This document shows, one piece after another, positions 17,146 to 27,448 of a stretch of 54,075 bases of DNA; within the stretch, counting starts at the first letter, position 1, and each line of letters begins with the position of its first letter. The notes beneath the pieces were generated by a model. The model was not told where the DNA came from. It worked only from the letters and a program-made list of their open reading frames with translations, and ran no database searches. The DNA lies in the NCBI GenBank assembly GCA_965371515.1, contig CBDUYR010000017.1, positions 1 to 54,075 of the forward strand. The letters run 5' to 3'. Both the position numbers and the translations under genes were made by a program. The stretch comes from an uncultured bacterium. Its GTDB lineage: Bacteria > Krumholzibacteriota > Krumholzibacteriia > Krumholzibacteriales > Krumholzibacteriaceae.

Positions 17146-18318
17146 GTGAAATATTTCGAAGGATACAGATGCGGCAATTGCGAGAGGGATCTGCCGGCCG
17201 GGACGGCCGCCGGCGAGTGTCCCACATGCTCCGGACCGCTCCTGGCTGTATACGACCTGGGGATTCTCGGGAAGAACATGACCCGCGAGGAGTTCTACGG
17301 TCCGGGCCGGGGGATCTGGCGATTCAGGGAGCTTCTTCCCGTCTTTTCACGCGAGATAACACTCGGCGAGGGGAACACACCGATGTTCGAGGCGCCTGTG
17401 CTGGCCGCCTCGGCGGGCTGCGGCCGGCTGTACATAAAGAACGAAGCGCTCAATCCAACGGGATCCTTCAAGGCGCGGGGGATGGCCGCCGCTGTCTCTC
17501 GACTGGTCGATCTGGGCGCAGTCGCAGGTGTCATGCCCTCCGCGGGCAACGCCGGCCTTGCACTGGCCGCCTATGGCGCGTCTGCCGGCCTTGCGTCGAG
17601 GATATACATCCCGTCCGTCACGCCGGACGGGGTGGAAGAGGAATGCGCCGCGTATGGAGCGGACGTCAGGAGAATCGAAGGGATCCTTCCCGACGCTGCC
17701 CGCGCCATGGCGGACGACGGGCTCGGCGAGGGCGAGTACGCGATCAGCACATTCAGGGAGCCCTGCAGGGTCGAGGGCAAGAAGACGATGGCTTTCGAGA
17801 TAGAGGACGATCTTGGGGGAAATAGTCCCCGCTGGATAATCTTTCCAACGGGCGGCGGTACGGGGGTAGTGGCTTTCTGGAAGGCTTATATCGAGCTCGA
17901 GGAACTAGGCTGGCTTGCGGGCGAGAAACCGCGCATCGTCGCTGTCCAGTCCGAAGGGTGCGCTCCGGTCGTCAGGGCTTTCGCTTCGGGAGCGGATACC
18001 GTGGAGACATGGGCCGATCCGGTGACGATCGCCTCGGGGATCAGAGTGCCTGGGACGAGGGCCGACAGGCAAGTGCTCAGGGCGCTGCGCGAGACTGGAG
18101 GGACAGCGGTCGCTGTTTCCGACGAAGCGATCCTTGATTCCGCATACGGGATGGCCCGGGCGGCCGGGATATTCCCCTCGCCCGAAGGTGCCGCCACCCT
18201 GGCGGGGCTGAGGAAGTTGACGGCCTCGGGAGCGATCGGGCCCGGGGACTCGGTGGTCATAGTCAACACGGCTGACTGGACAAGATACAGGTTCATGCTC
18301 GAAGGGCCGCCGCGTTGA
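17146..18318 (+). CDS. thrC: Threonine synthase (PLP fold II, N-terminal Zn ribbon)
   Basis: CxxC...CxxC; TLGEGNTP; NPTGSFKARG; SAGNAG; EGKKTM; PTGGG; start re-called at GTG. Confidence 0.85.
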   Translation: MKYFEGYRCGNCERDLPAGTAAGECPTCSGPLLAVYDLGILGKNMTREEFYGPGRGIWRFRELLPVFSREITLGEGNTPMFEAPVLAASAGCGRLYIKNEALNPTGSFKARGMAAAVSRLVDLGAVAGVMPSAGNAGLALAAYGASAGLASRIYIPSVTPDGVEEECAAYGADVRRIEGILPDAARAMADDGLGEGEYAISTFREPCRVEGKKTMAFEIEDDLGGNSPRWIIFPTGGGTGVVAFWKAYIELEELGWLAGEKPRIVAVQSEGCAPVVRAFASGADTVETWADPVTIASGIRVPGTRADRQVLRALRETGGTAVAVSDEAILDSAYGMARAAGIFPSPEGAATLAGLRKLTASGAIGPGDSVVIVNTADWTRYRFMLEGPPR

Positions 18319-18324
18319 TAATGT

Positions 18325-18356
18325 AAAAAAAACCCCCGGACCGTTCGATCCGGGGG
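18325..18356. terminator. Terminator between convergent genes
   Basis: A8-cccccgga...tccggggg. Confidence 0.8.
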
Positions 18357-18384
18357 CCGTTTTATCGTCTATTACGAGCGGGGG

Positions 18385-20340
18385 TCAGCGTCTGCGTCCG
18401 CTGCTCCTGCCGCCCGAGGAAGACTTGCTGGTGGAACGTCCGCCCGAGGATCTTGTCGAGCCGCTCCTCGTGGTGCTTTTTCCGCTGCTCGACCTCGATG
18501 GGCTCGACGACCTTGTCTCACTCTTGGCTCCGCTGTCACGGGAAGAGCTTTTCCTCGTGCTGCTCTTGCTCGACTTTCCACTGTCGCTCTTCCCCGAATC
18601 CCTCGTCGAGCGTGCCGATGTGCCTGAACGCGTCGAGCTCTTCCTGTTCGCCGAGGAAGACTTGCTGCGGCTCCTCCCGGAGTCGCCGGCCTTCGTCTCC
18701 CTGCTGGTATTGCGGGCGCGCACTCGCCTCTCGAGCTCCGACCCCACGTTCTCCCTTCCGGTGCCGCGCTGGGTCGTCGACCTTGTAGACTTGCGGAAGA
18801 ACTCCCTGGTGCCCTTCTCGACCTTCAGGGTTCCCTCGTTCGTCCTGGCCGAGCGTTTGTTCGCCTGGTTCGTGATCCTCGCGCTGCGTGACGCGCCGTA
18901 GTTGCCGTAGACGCCGCGCTGATAGCGCTCCGACTTGCCGGTATTGTAGCGGCTGGACTCGAACGACCTGAATCCGGTCGAGGCCCTTTCCCTCGTGACC
19001 TGTCTCGCCAGGCGGGAGCGCTGGTAGCTTCTCGCCGTCGCGGCCCGCGTTCTTTCCTTTACGAGCCTGCTCGAGGCTAGCGTTGCCTCGCGGGTGTTCT
19101 TTACCATCGTCGAAGTGTAGTCGAGAGAGCTGCGCGTAGTGAGATCCCGGCTGCTCGAAACATCACGGCTTGTCTTTACCATCGTCGAGGTATAGTCTAG
19201 CGAACCGCGTTTCGTGAATCCCCGCCCCGCGTAGAGCGATCTCTTGTTCGTCGGGGCGTAGTACGACGACGGGTAATATCCTCCGTCAGCGTAATATCCG
19301 TCCCAGTACCCGGTGTAATATCCGTCCCAGTAGTTGTTGTATGAATAGGGATACCAGGAGTAGAAAGGCCGGTGATGGTAGTAGCATCCGCTCCATCCCC
19401 AGCCGATTCCCCAGTAAGTGTTCCAGCTCCAGTAGGAAGACCAGTATCCCGGCCAGTAGCAGGAATATGGATACCAGCCGCTGCTGTAGTAAACGGACAG
19501 GTAGACCTTCTGCTGGTCGTAATCGTACTCGTCGTATCCGGGGGACAGGTTGTCCGCGTAATATGTGAACGATTCGTATTCGTCCTCCGGACTGGTTTCA
19601 CCTGCCTGGATCACGGCGAAAAGCTGCGGGTAGGGATAGCCGGCGTCCTCGTTGGCGGCTATCATCTCGATGTCCACTTCCGGGCACTCCATCATGTAGG
19701 GATCGGGGATCTTGGAGGGGGAGTGGCACTTGTAGCAGAGATAGCCGGGGTACGCGACCTCACGGTTGACATAGAAATACGTGTAATCGGTGGCCGGCGT
19801 CATCTGCTCGGCGTCGTTGATCAGTTCCTCGTCGATCATGTTGAAGGCGAGGAAGGGATCCATGTCGATCCTGAGCCTTCTCTCCTCGGGCATCGTGCTG
19901 TTCTGAGCGAGGTAGTAGAGCTCGTCGCGGTCGATTCGTGAAGGATCGTCGACTGCTATGGCGTGGATATATTCTATGCCGGTGTCCCCGCCGACCTCCC
20001 ACGTGATATCCTTGCCCTGCTCGGGAAGGAAATGAATCTTCCTGCCGCGGATCATCTCGGGCCTTCCGTCGGCGGGATAGAGCAGATGCACGTATCCTTC
20101 GCTGTCGATGTTATAGATTATGACGTACGCGTCCGAACTGGTCTGAAAGGTCAGGTTGATGTCCCGGCCCGGCATCAGTACCGCGCCTCTTCCGCCGATG
20201 AGGCGGAGTGAGACATCGAGATCGCTCGCGACGGCAGGCTTCAGGGCTGGTGAGGTGTTGATCTCCACCGGCGCCGCTGAAGCGGCTGCGGGCGATATGA
20301 CGATTACAGCCAGAAGGAAGATCAGTAGCGAACGTTTCAT
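18385..20340 (-). CDS. Secreted DUF4384-like protein with CxxCH, a Tyr/Trp-rich segment and an Arg/Ser-rich disordered tail
   Basis: Start re-called at MKRSLL; signal peptide; DAYVIIYNIDSEG.V.LLYP and G.EY..A.A (DUF4384-like); CYKCH. Confidence 0.75.
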   Translation of the reverse strand: MKRSLLIFLLAVIVISPAAASAAPVEINTSPALKPAVASDLDVSLRLIGGRGAVLMPGRDINLTFQTSSDAYVIIYNIDSEGYVHLLYPADGRPEMIRGRKIHFLPEQGKDITWEVGGDTGIEYIHAIAVDDPSRIDRDELYYLAQNSTMPEERRLRIDMDPFLAFNMIDEELINDAEQMTPATDYTYFYVNREVAYPGYLCYKCHSPSKIPDPYMMECPEVDIEMIAANEDAGYPYPQLFAVIQAGETSPEDEYESFTYYADNLSPGYDEYDYDQQKVYLSVYYSSGWYPYSCYWPGYWSSYWSWNTYWGIGWGWSGCYYHHRPFYSWYPYSYNNYWDGYYTGYWDGYYADGGYYPSSYYAPTNKRSLYAGRGFTKRGSLDYTSTMVKTSRDVSSSRDLTTRSSLDYTSTMVKNTREATLASSRLVKERTRAATARSYQRSRLARQVTRERASTGFRSFESSRYNTGKSERYQRGVYGNYGASRSARITNQANKRSARTNEGTLKVEKGTREFFRKSTRSTTQRGTGRENVGSELERRVRARNTSRETKAGDSGRSRSKSSSANRKSSTRSGTSARSTRDSGKSDSGKSSKSSTRKSSSRDSGAKSETRSSSPSRSSSGKSTTRSGSTRSSGGRSTSKSSSGGRSSGRRR

Positions 20341-20666
20341 GGCCAGGACTCCCTTCCAGGGGATACGACTGACGCTTTCTCCGGCGAGGCTGGCACCCCG
20401 TCCGTGCGCCTGTCCACTACCATTACAGTATAGTAGTATTCTCACTTATTTACAAGGCAAAGACCGTTCCAGAATACGCTGTTTCGTCTTTCCGGCAGCG
20501 CGGCGTACCATCTCGAGGAACAATGGCGGACAATGGGGATTCGCACTCCGGACGATCTTCTATTATGTTATACAAACGGCCACGAGGGGCCGTTCCGGCC
20601 TTTTGAAACAAACTTGACCGGTCGGGAGTATAATGATAAATTGCCCGATGAAGCTGGAAAAGGAGG

Positions 20667-21347
20667 ATGAATATGGGGTTTACGGGATTACCGGTCTTTC
20701 TGCAGGTGGCGGAGAGCTTCACGGAACTCATAGCCGGGTCCGGCATGCTTGCCAAGACGATCCTGGTACTGCTGCTTGTCCTGTCCGTCGTTTCCTGGAC
20801 AATAATGGTTGAAAAGATAAGATATTTCAGGCGCTCGGCAAAACAGAGCGCGGACTTCATCCCGATATTCGAAAAGGAGCTTTCCCTGTCCTCTCTTGCG
20901 GACAGGGCGGCCGGATATCCGGACAGTCCCGAGGCCGCGATGGTCGTCATGGTCAAGGGAGAGATCGACAGCGGGGAACTCCGTGACATGGAGCATCTCG
21001 ACGGTTTCCTCGACGCTGCGATGGACGAAGTCGTCGCGGAGTGGGAATCGTACCTCATCTTTCTGTCGACCACAGCGACCGTATCGCCCTTCCTCGGCCT
21101 GCTCGGAACGGTATGGGGAATCATGAGCGCGTTTCTCAGCATGGGAGCGCGTGGCTCAGCGAGCCTATACGTAGTGGCGCCGGGTATCGCGGATGCGCTT
21201 ATCACTACGGTCTTCGGCCTCGGTGCGGCCATTCCCGCTGTGATCGGTTACAACTATATCGTTCGTGTCATCAGGCGACGCGAGGAGAGGGTCGGACTGT
21301 TCACGGTGAAGTTCAGGACTAGGCTTCTCGAGAAGAGATACTCATGA
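20667..21347 (+). CDS. tolQ: TolQ (MotA/TolQ/ExbB)
   Basis: PFLGLLGTVWGIM, VVAPGIADAL..T..GL..AIPA. Confidence 0.92.
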   Translation: MNMGFTGLPVFLQVAESFTELIAGSGMLAKTILVLLLVLSVVSWTIMVEKIRYFRRSAKQSADFIPIFEKELSLSSLADRAAGYPDSPEAAMVVMVKGEIDSGELRDMEHLDGFLDAAMDEVVAEWESYLIFLSTTATVSPFLGLLGTVWGIMSAFLSMGARGSASLYVVAPGIADALITTVFGLGAAIPAVIGYNYIVRVIRRREERVGLFTVKFRTRLLEKRYS

Positions 21348-21748
21348 GGAACAGAAAGAAAGAGAGATACTCTTCGATGGCAGAGATAAACATCACCAAT
21401 CTCGTCGATGTCATCATGGTACTCCTCATCGCGTTCATGCTCACGGCGCCCTTCCTGCAGGCGGGCGTCAAGCTTAAGCTGCCCAAGGCACAAGCGAAGG
21501 TCATAGAGGAACAGGAGGGGATAACGGTCTCGATCAACAAGGACGGAGATGTTTTCATAGAAAAGCGAAAGATCGAATGGAGGGAGTTCTCCGCCGAGCT
21601 GCGCAAGGCTCTGGACGAGAACCCTCCGAGAGTATTCCTGCGTGCCGACAGGGACACGCGGTATGGCTCGGTCATGAGAGTGATCGCCCGGATCAAGATG
21701 ATGGGCATCGAGGATCTCGGGCTGATCTCTGAGCAGGAAGACAGATGA
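21344..21748 (+). CDS. tolR: TolR (ExbD/TolR)
   Basis: EINITNLVDVIMVLLIAFM, LRAD...YG.V. Confidence 0.92.
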   Translation: MRNRKKERYSSMAEINITNLVDVIMVLLIAFMLTAPFLQAGVKLKLPKAQAKVIEEQEGITVSINKDGDVFIEKRKIEWREFSAELRKALDENPPRVFLRADRDTRYGSVMRVIARIKMMGIEDLGLISEQEDR

Positions 21749-22395
21749 TCGGATCCGCATCGGGGGCGGGAGGGATGAGATTTTCCCTGCTGATATCGAT
21801 TCTTGTTCACGTCGTCATCCTGTGGGCGCTGCTTACTCTTTTCAATGTAGTGCCCCAGATGCGGGTGCCGAAGACCATCTATAATGTGAAGATATTCAGG
21901 CCTTTTGTCGCCCCGAAGCTCGAGGCGAAGAAGGAGGAGCCGAAGGCGAAGGTCGAAGTCAAGAAGCCTGAGGTCACCGAGTCGAAACCGAAGCCAAAGC
22001 AAAAAAAGAAAGAGCCGGAGAAGAAGCCCGCCGAGACGAAACCGGAGGACAAACCGATGGACGTCTCTATGCAGGAGGACAGCCAGACCGAGGTCGCGGT
22101 CGACGCCCAGCGATTCCCCTATTCGTACTATCTCTCCGCAATCGAGCGGAAGGTGTCGGAGAACTGGCTATCGACGCAGGGGGGAAGGGACGGAGGGATC
22201 TCGTGCATCGTCTATTTCAGGCTCTCGCGCAGCGGCCGGGTCAGCGACCTGCGGGTCGAGACCCCTTCGGGGAATGCTTATTTCGACCGCTCGGCACTGA
22301 GGGCGATCAGGAGCGCCGACCCGTTTCCACCGCTTCCCAGAGCGTTCGGCGAGTCGTGGCTCGGGATACATTTTACATTCAAGCAGAAAAAATGA
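21745..22395 (+). CDS. tolA: TolA / TonB C-terminal domain protein
   Basis: TM with SxxxH; Lys/Pro/Glu linker; SG...FD.SALRAI..A.PFP.LP; start may be 21775. Confidence 0.85.
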   Translation: MIGSASGAGGMRFSLLISILVHVVILWALLTLFNVVPQMRVPKTIYNVKIFRPFVAPKLEAKKEEPKAKVEVKKPEVTESKPKPKQKKKEPEKKPAETKPEDKPMDVSMQEDSQTEVAVDAQRFPYSYYLSAIERKVSENWLSTQGGRDGGISCIVYFRLSRSGRVSDLRVETPSGNAYFDRSALRAIRSADPFPPLPRAFGESWLGIHFTFKQKK

Positions 22396-22443
22396 GATGA
22401 GCCGGCGGAGAACGAGCCGGCATGAGAAAGGAAATATCCTCTG

Positions 22444-23694
22444 ATGAAGCGATACTGGATCCTCGCGGCAATGTTCCTCGCGGCAATGATTCCGCTCGGG
22501 GCGGCGGCCCAGATGGATGTGCATCTCAGTACGGACAAGCCGGGAGGAGGGCAGATCCCTATCGTAGTGAAGGATCTCGAGATCGACAGGGATGACCTCC
22601 GCGCAGCCTCGGAATACCTTCTGTCGGTCCTGAGGCAGGACCTGAAGTTCACGTCGGTCTTTATCCCTCTCGAGTTCGCAGCGGGGACCGACACCCTTCC
22701 CGACGGTGGGACCGCGTCGGCCATCGTCGAGGGCAGGCTTTCCTGGGACGGGGAGAAATATTCCCTGGACGCCAGGCTGATCGACTTCGTCAGCCGCGAG
22801 ATGATATTCGGCAAGAGATACAGGTTCAGGCATACCGCGCTGAGGACCGTTGCCCACGAGCTGTGCGACGAGATCCTCTTCTTCCTCATCGGTGAGATCG
22901 GCGTCGCGAGGACACGGCTGCTGTTCACCAGGCGTGAGGGAAACGTGAAGAATCTCCATGTTGTGGATTGCGACGGGTATGGCGAGAAGAAGCTCACCAC
23001 CGGCGAGCTCGTTGTGTCGCCGCTCTGGGTCGATGACCACAGGTTTGTATTCACCTCGTACCGGAGGGAAAACCCCGACCTGTACATGATCGACCTCACC
23101 AAGGGCTCGCGAAAGATGATCTCGCACAGGAAGGGCCTCAACATCGCGGGCGGCTACAATCCCCAGAGTAACGAGCTGGTTGTGACGCTCAGTATAAAGG
23201 GGAACAGCGAGATCTACCTGATGGGCCTCGACGGCAAGCTCGGAAGACGCCTCACGAAGAACCGCGCTATAGACGTGTCTCCCGTGTGGGCCCCGAACGG
23301 AAGGGAGATCACCTTCGTGTCCGACCGGACGAGGACGCCGCAGATCTACATCATGGACAGGTACGGCGGAAACGTCAGGCGGATTACTACCGAAGGGTCG
23401 TACAACACCTCGCCCGACTGGTCGCCCCGCGGGGACCTGATCGTCTACTCGTCGCGTGACGGCGGCCTGTACAGGATGAAACTGATCTCTCCCGACGGTC
23501 TCTGGCTCGAGACCGTATTCGACGATTTCTTCAGCTACGAGGACGCCTGCTGGGCCCCGGATGGAAGGCACATAGCGGCGGTTGTCAGGTACGCGGGGGA
23601 GCCGTGGATAGTGATAATCGATATCGATTCGGGGACGAGAAGGAGGCTTGCCAGGGGAGAGACGCCTTCCTGGTCACCGCTCAGGTCGAAATGA
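22444..23694 (+). CDS. tolB: TolB beta-propeller protein
   Basis: Signal peptide; PD40 repeats (P.W.P.G, FVSDR...PQIY); operon context. Confidence 0.92.
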   Translation: MKRYWILAAMFLAAMIPLGAAAQMDVHLSTDKPGGGQIPIVVKDLEIDRDDLRAASEYLLSVLRQDLKFTSVFIPLEFAAGTDTLPDGGTASAIVEGRLSWDGEKYSLDARLIDFVSREMIFGKRYRFRHTALRTVAHELCDEILFFLIGEIGVARTRLLFTRREGNVKNLHVVDCDGYGEKKLTTGELVVSPLWVDDHRFVFTSYRRENPDLYMIDLTKGSRKMISHRKGLNIAGGYNPQSNELVVTLSIKGNSEIYLMGLDGKLGRRLTKNRAIDVSPVWAPNGREITFVSDRTRTPQIYIMDRYGGNVRRITTEGSYNTSPDWSPRGDLIVYSSRDGGLYRMKLISPDGLWLETVFDDFFSYEDACWAPDGRHIAAVVRYAGEPWIVIIDIDSGTRRRLARGETPSWSPLRSK

Positions 23695-23821
23695 TCGCCC
23701 CGGACTGAAAATTAATCAAAATAATCGTTTTCAATTTCCGGGGCTGTGGGTATTATGGGCGCGATGTGAGTTGAACCGGGTTTGATAGACGCTATTCCTG
23801 CAAACAGGGAGGTTTGTCGAT

Positions 23822-24337
23822 ATGAAGCGTTTCGGTATCCTGTTTCTCGTTCTAACGCTTGCCGTGCTGATGATACTGCCGGCATGCTCGAAGAAAGAGG
23901 CCCCTCCGGTCGAAGAGGACATAACGCCCGCCGAGGAAGTGCCGCCGCCTCCTCCTCCGGTGGATGAGGAAGAACTCGAGGTTATCGAGGAAGAAGAGCT
24001 CGAAGCCCTTGTTCTCGAGGACGTATTCTTCGATTACGACAGTTACAGCATCAAGAGCGAGTTCAAGGGCGTGCTCGAGGCCAACGCCAAGCTCCTGCTG
24101 TTGCGTTCCGAAGCAGTCCTCGTGATCGAGGGCCACTGCGACGAGCGCGGCACCGCCGAGTACAACCTCGCCCTGGGCGAGAAAAGGGCCAAGTCCGTAA
24201 TGGATTTCTTCCTGGCATACGGTGTCGACGGCGACAGGCTTTCGATGATCAGCTACGGCGAGGAAAGACCGTTCGAGTCTGGACACGATGAAGATGCGTG
24301 GACGATGAATCGCCGCGCTCACATGGTGGCAAAATAA
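23822..24337 (+). CDS. pal: Peptidoglycan-associated lipoprotein Pal
   Basis: Lipobox LPAC; EGHCDERGT.EYNLALG; SYGEERP; NRR. Confidence 0.95.
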   Translation: MKRFGILFLVLTLAVLMILPACSKKEAPPVEEDITPAEEVPPPPPPVDEEELEVIEEEELEALVLEDVFFDYDSYSIKSEFKGVLEANAKLLLLRSEAVLVIEGHCDERGTAEYNLALGEKRAKSVMDFFLAYGVDGDRLSMISYGEERPFESGHDEDAWTMNRRAHMVAK

Positions 24338-24347
24338 TAGACGGCAA

Positions 24348-25178
24348 GTGATGCACAGACCGTTCATCCGCATACTGATCGTGGTATTGGTGCCAGCCGC
24401 CGCCCTCGTCTTCGGGGGATGCTGGGGCAAGAGCTTCTGGAATGCCCAGGAATCGACGCTGGCTACTGAGGCCAAGGTGGATTCCCTCCTGGGGGAGAAT
24501 GACATCCTCCAGCGAAGGATATATCATCTCGAGACGTTGCTCGAGGGGCAGCAGGAGCAGCTTCGCAGGAGCGGCGCTCGAACGAGCATGGACCTGGAGG
24601 AGATAAAGGACCAGATCAACGCTCTCTATGTGATGACCGAAGAGGGGCGGCAGGCCCCGGTCCGGACGTCTGTGCGCCATCCTTCAGTTCAGACCCCAGT
24701 CATACCGGATACAGCCTCGTCGCCGGATTCCCTTTCTGTGGTGGGTGGCGGGGCCGTAGCCCTTACCGATTCGGCCGCTGCGGCATCGTCCGTTCCCGTC
24801 CCCGAGGAAATGTACCGCCAGATCTACCTCGACTTCAGCCGGATGGAGTACGAAATAGCCCTCGAGGAGTCAGAGGCATTCCTTCGTGAGTATCCCGGCA
24901 ATCCGATGACGGAGGATGTCAGGTTCATAAGGGGCGAATGTTTCCTCGAACTTGGCAAGGACCACGATGCCCTGCGGGAATTCTCGACGATCCTGCAGGA
25001 CTACCCGCGCGGAAGGAAGACTCCGGCCGTCCTTCTGCGGATGGCGATCACCTACGACAGGACGGGGGATTCGGAACTGGCGCATGGGGTCGCCGGCAGG
25101 CTGTTGAGGGAATACCCCGACAGTGAGGAAGCCGCGGAAGCGAGGGAACGATTCGGCGATTCGCCGGATGATCAATGA
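24348..25178 (+). CDS. cpoB: CpoB/YbgF-like coiled-coil + TPR lipoprotein
   Basis: Follows pal; FGGC lipobox; coiled coil, then TPRs (F...YP, YP.S..A..A). Confidence 0.8.
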   Translation: MMHRPFIRILIVVLVPAAALVFGGCWGKSFWNAQESTLATEAKVDSLLGENDILQRRIYHLETLLEGQQEQLRRSGARTSMDLEEIKDQINALYVMTEEGRQAPVRTSVRHPSVQTPVIPDTASSPDSLSVVGGGAVALTDSAAAASSVPVPEEMYRQIYLDFSRMEYEIALEESEAFLREYPGNPMTEDVRFIRGECFLELGKDHDALREFSTILQDYPRGRKTPAVLLRMAITYDRTGDSELAHGVAGRLLREYPDSEEAAEARERFGDSPDDQ

Positions 25179-26458
25179 TGCAACCGCCTCCCAGCACATC
25201 CCCGGGAGACTACCTCCCACTGATAATAGTCGTCATCGTACTCCTGCTCTTCTCGGCCTTCTTTTCCGGGTCCGAGACGGCCCTTTTCTCACTTCAGCGG
25301 TCCAATGTCGCCGGCATGTTGTCCGGCTCGAAGAAGCAAAGGCGGGTGGCTTCGCTTCTTTCGGCGCCGAGGAAGCTTCTCGTAACACTTCTTTTCGGCA
25401 ATCTGCTAGTTAACATCGCCAGCACGAGCATCGTGACCGTTTTCGCAATAAAGCTGTTCGGCGGGCGCGGCGTGGGATACGCGATGATCGTGATGACCGT
25501 ACTGATCCTCATGTTCGGTGAGATCCTTCCCAAGAGCATAGCGATCAAGCGTGCGGGCAGACTTTCGACCGTCATCGCGGCACCGGTCGGATTCCTCATG
25601 TACCTCTTTTTTCCGGTCACCGCCGTTCTTGGAAAGATCGCCAACTCGTCGGTCGAGATCTGTCGAAAGCTTTTCGGCGAGACAAAAGAGGAGTTTGAAT
25701 CGAGGGAGCTTGCCACGGCGGTCGAGATGGGCTACAGGGACGGCCTTTTCGACAAGTTCGAGAAGGAGATCCTCACAAACCTGTTTCTCTTGGCGGAGAC
25801 GGACGTTCACGAGATCCTCACGCCGCGCGTCGAGGTCTTTGCCCTCGACGTAAACACGGCTTTCCAGGCTGCCGTGACGCAGGTAAGGGGAAAGGGATTC
25901 ACCAGGGTCCCGCTCTACGAGGGCAATCCCGAGAAGATCGTCGGTATCCTGCATACGAAAGATCTGCTCAGACACTCGAGAGATGAGAGGATAACCCTGC
26001 GCGAACTGGTCCGCCCGGTCACTTTTGTACCGGAGACGAAGCCGATAAGGGATCTCCTGGGAGAACTGTCGTCTTCCCGGAATCACGTGGTCATAGTCGT
26101 CGACGAGCACGGTTCTTACGAGGGGATAGTGACCCTCGAAGATATCCTCGAGGAGATAATCGGAGAGATACGCGACAGGAGGGAACCGCGTGTCGAGGAG
26201 TACAATCTCATCGACGAGGACCATATCGTAGTCGAGGGATCGATGCACCTCGAGGATCTCAATGACGTTTTCGGCACCGGGCTCGAGTCGAAAGACGCCG
26301 AGACGATAAACGGATTACTCTGCGATCTGATGGGCAGGATCCCGGGCGATGGAGAATCGTTCATATCGGGCCGACTGCGCTTCCTCGTACTGTCATCGGG
26401 AAAGACGAGGGTGGAGAAGATCAAGATCGAGCGGCTCGGAGAGGAGGACGTGGAATGA
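25175..26458 (+). CDS. CNNM/DUF21-CBS-CorC hemolysin family transporter
   Basis: SAFFSGSETA, FGEILPK, RVPLY, VVDEHG...GIVTLEDILEEIIGEI, CorC_HlyC tail. Confidence 0.92.
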   Translation: MMQPPPSTSPGDYLPLIIVVIVLLLFSAFFSGSETALFSLQRSNVAGMLSGSKKQRRVASLLSAPRKLLVTLLFGNLLVNIASTSIVTVFAIKLFGGRGVGYAMIVMTVLILMFGEILPKSIAIKRAGRLSTVIAAPVGFLMYLFFPVTAVLGKIANSSVEICRKLFGETKEEFESRELATAVEMGYRDGLFDKFEKEILTNLFLLAETDVHEILTPRVEVFALDVNTAFQAAVTQVRGKGFTRVPLYEGNPEKIVGILHTKDLLRHSRDERITLRELVRPVTFVPETKPIRDLLGELSSSRNHVVIVVDEHGSYEGIVTLEDILEEIIGEIRDRREPRVEEYNLIDEDHIVVEGSMHLEDLNDVFGTGLESKDAETINGLLCDLMGRIPGDGESFISGRLRFLVLSSGKTRVEKIKIERLGEEDVE

Positions 26459-27432
26459 GTACGGGCGCCTCTCTAGGCCTGATCCTCCTGACGATGCTCC
26501 TGTCGGCCTTCTTTTCCGGGTCCGAGACGGCGATCGTCTCGTGCAGCAAGGTGAAACTCCACAGCAGGGCCAGGCATGGTTCCTGGAGGGCCGTACTGCT
26601 CGAGAAACTCCTGAGTACGCCGGAGCATTTCTTCAGCATCGTGCTGGTCGGGACGAATCTGGCGGTGATAAGCTGTACGGCCATAGCCACGGGACTGGCT
26701 GTAAGGCAGTTCGGGGATTCGGGTGCCCTTGTGGCTACAGTCATCATGACCCCTCTCCTGCTCATATTCGGGGATGTCATCCCCAAGTCGGCTTTTCTCT
26801 ATCACGCCGACCAGGTATCGATAAAGGTCGCTCCCGTTCTGCGAGTCATGTCGATAATCTTCCTGCCGCTCGTCCTGCCGGCCACACTTTTCGCCAGGAT
26901 AATATCCAGACTGACCGGGGCAGGAGAGGGTAAGATCGACATGCTCGGCTCGCGTGAAGACCTGATCTTTCTCTACAGGAGAGGAAAAGTCGAGGGGGAC
27001 CTGGAGAAACGCGAAAAACGGATGATCGACGGGGTCTTCAGCTTTGGAACGAGGCGTGCCCGCGAGCTCATGATCCCGATGGAGAACGTCGTCTCCTTTC
27101 CCGTCAACGCTTCAGTGGACGAGGTGATCGAGGAGACGAACAGGCACACATACTCGAGGTTCCCGCTCGTCTCGCCGAACGACGGGAGCATAGTGGGCAT
27201 AATCTCACTGTTCGATCTGCTCGGACTCGACGGTGGCGAGAGACTTGCTACCGTTATGCATAAGCCGCTCAAGGTGAGCGAGGACGAGTCGGCGGAACGT
27301 CTTCTCATCAGGATGAAAGACGAGCCGCTCCATTTCGCCGTTGTCACAAGTGGCGAAAAGGCAATGGGTATTATAACCCTGGAGAACATCCTCGAGAGCA
27401 TAGTGGGCGACATCTCCAACGAGTACGAGTAG
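26455..27432 (+). CDS. CNNM/DUF21-CBS protein lacking the C-terminal CorC domain
   Basis: SAFFSGSETA, FGDVIPK, SRFP, GIITLENILESIVG. Confidence 0.9.
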   Translation: MSTGASLGLILLTMLLSAFFSGSETAIVSCSKVKLHSRARHGSWRAVLLEKLLSTPEHFFSIVLVGTNLAVISCTAIATGLAVRQFGDSGALVATVIMTPLLLIFGDVIPKSAFLYHADQVSIKVAPVLRVMSIIFLPLVLPATLFARIISRLTGAGEGKIDMLGSREDLIFLYRRGKVEGDLEKREKRMIDGVFSFGTRRARELMIPMENVVSFPVNASVDEVIEETNRHTYSRFPLVSPNDGSIVGIISLFDLLGLDGGERLATVMHKPLKVSEDESAERLLIRMKDEPLHFAVVTSGEKAMGIITLENILESIVGDISNEYE

Positions 27433-27448
27433 AAGGGAGCAGTGCGGA

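Noticed and set aside
22168..23571. 467-aa minus-strand ORF
   Set aside because: Antisense shadow of tolA/tolB
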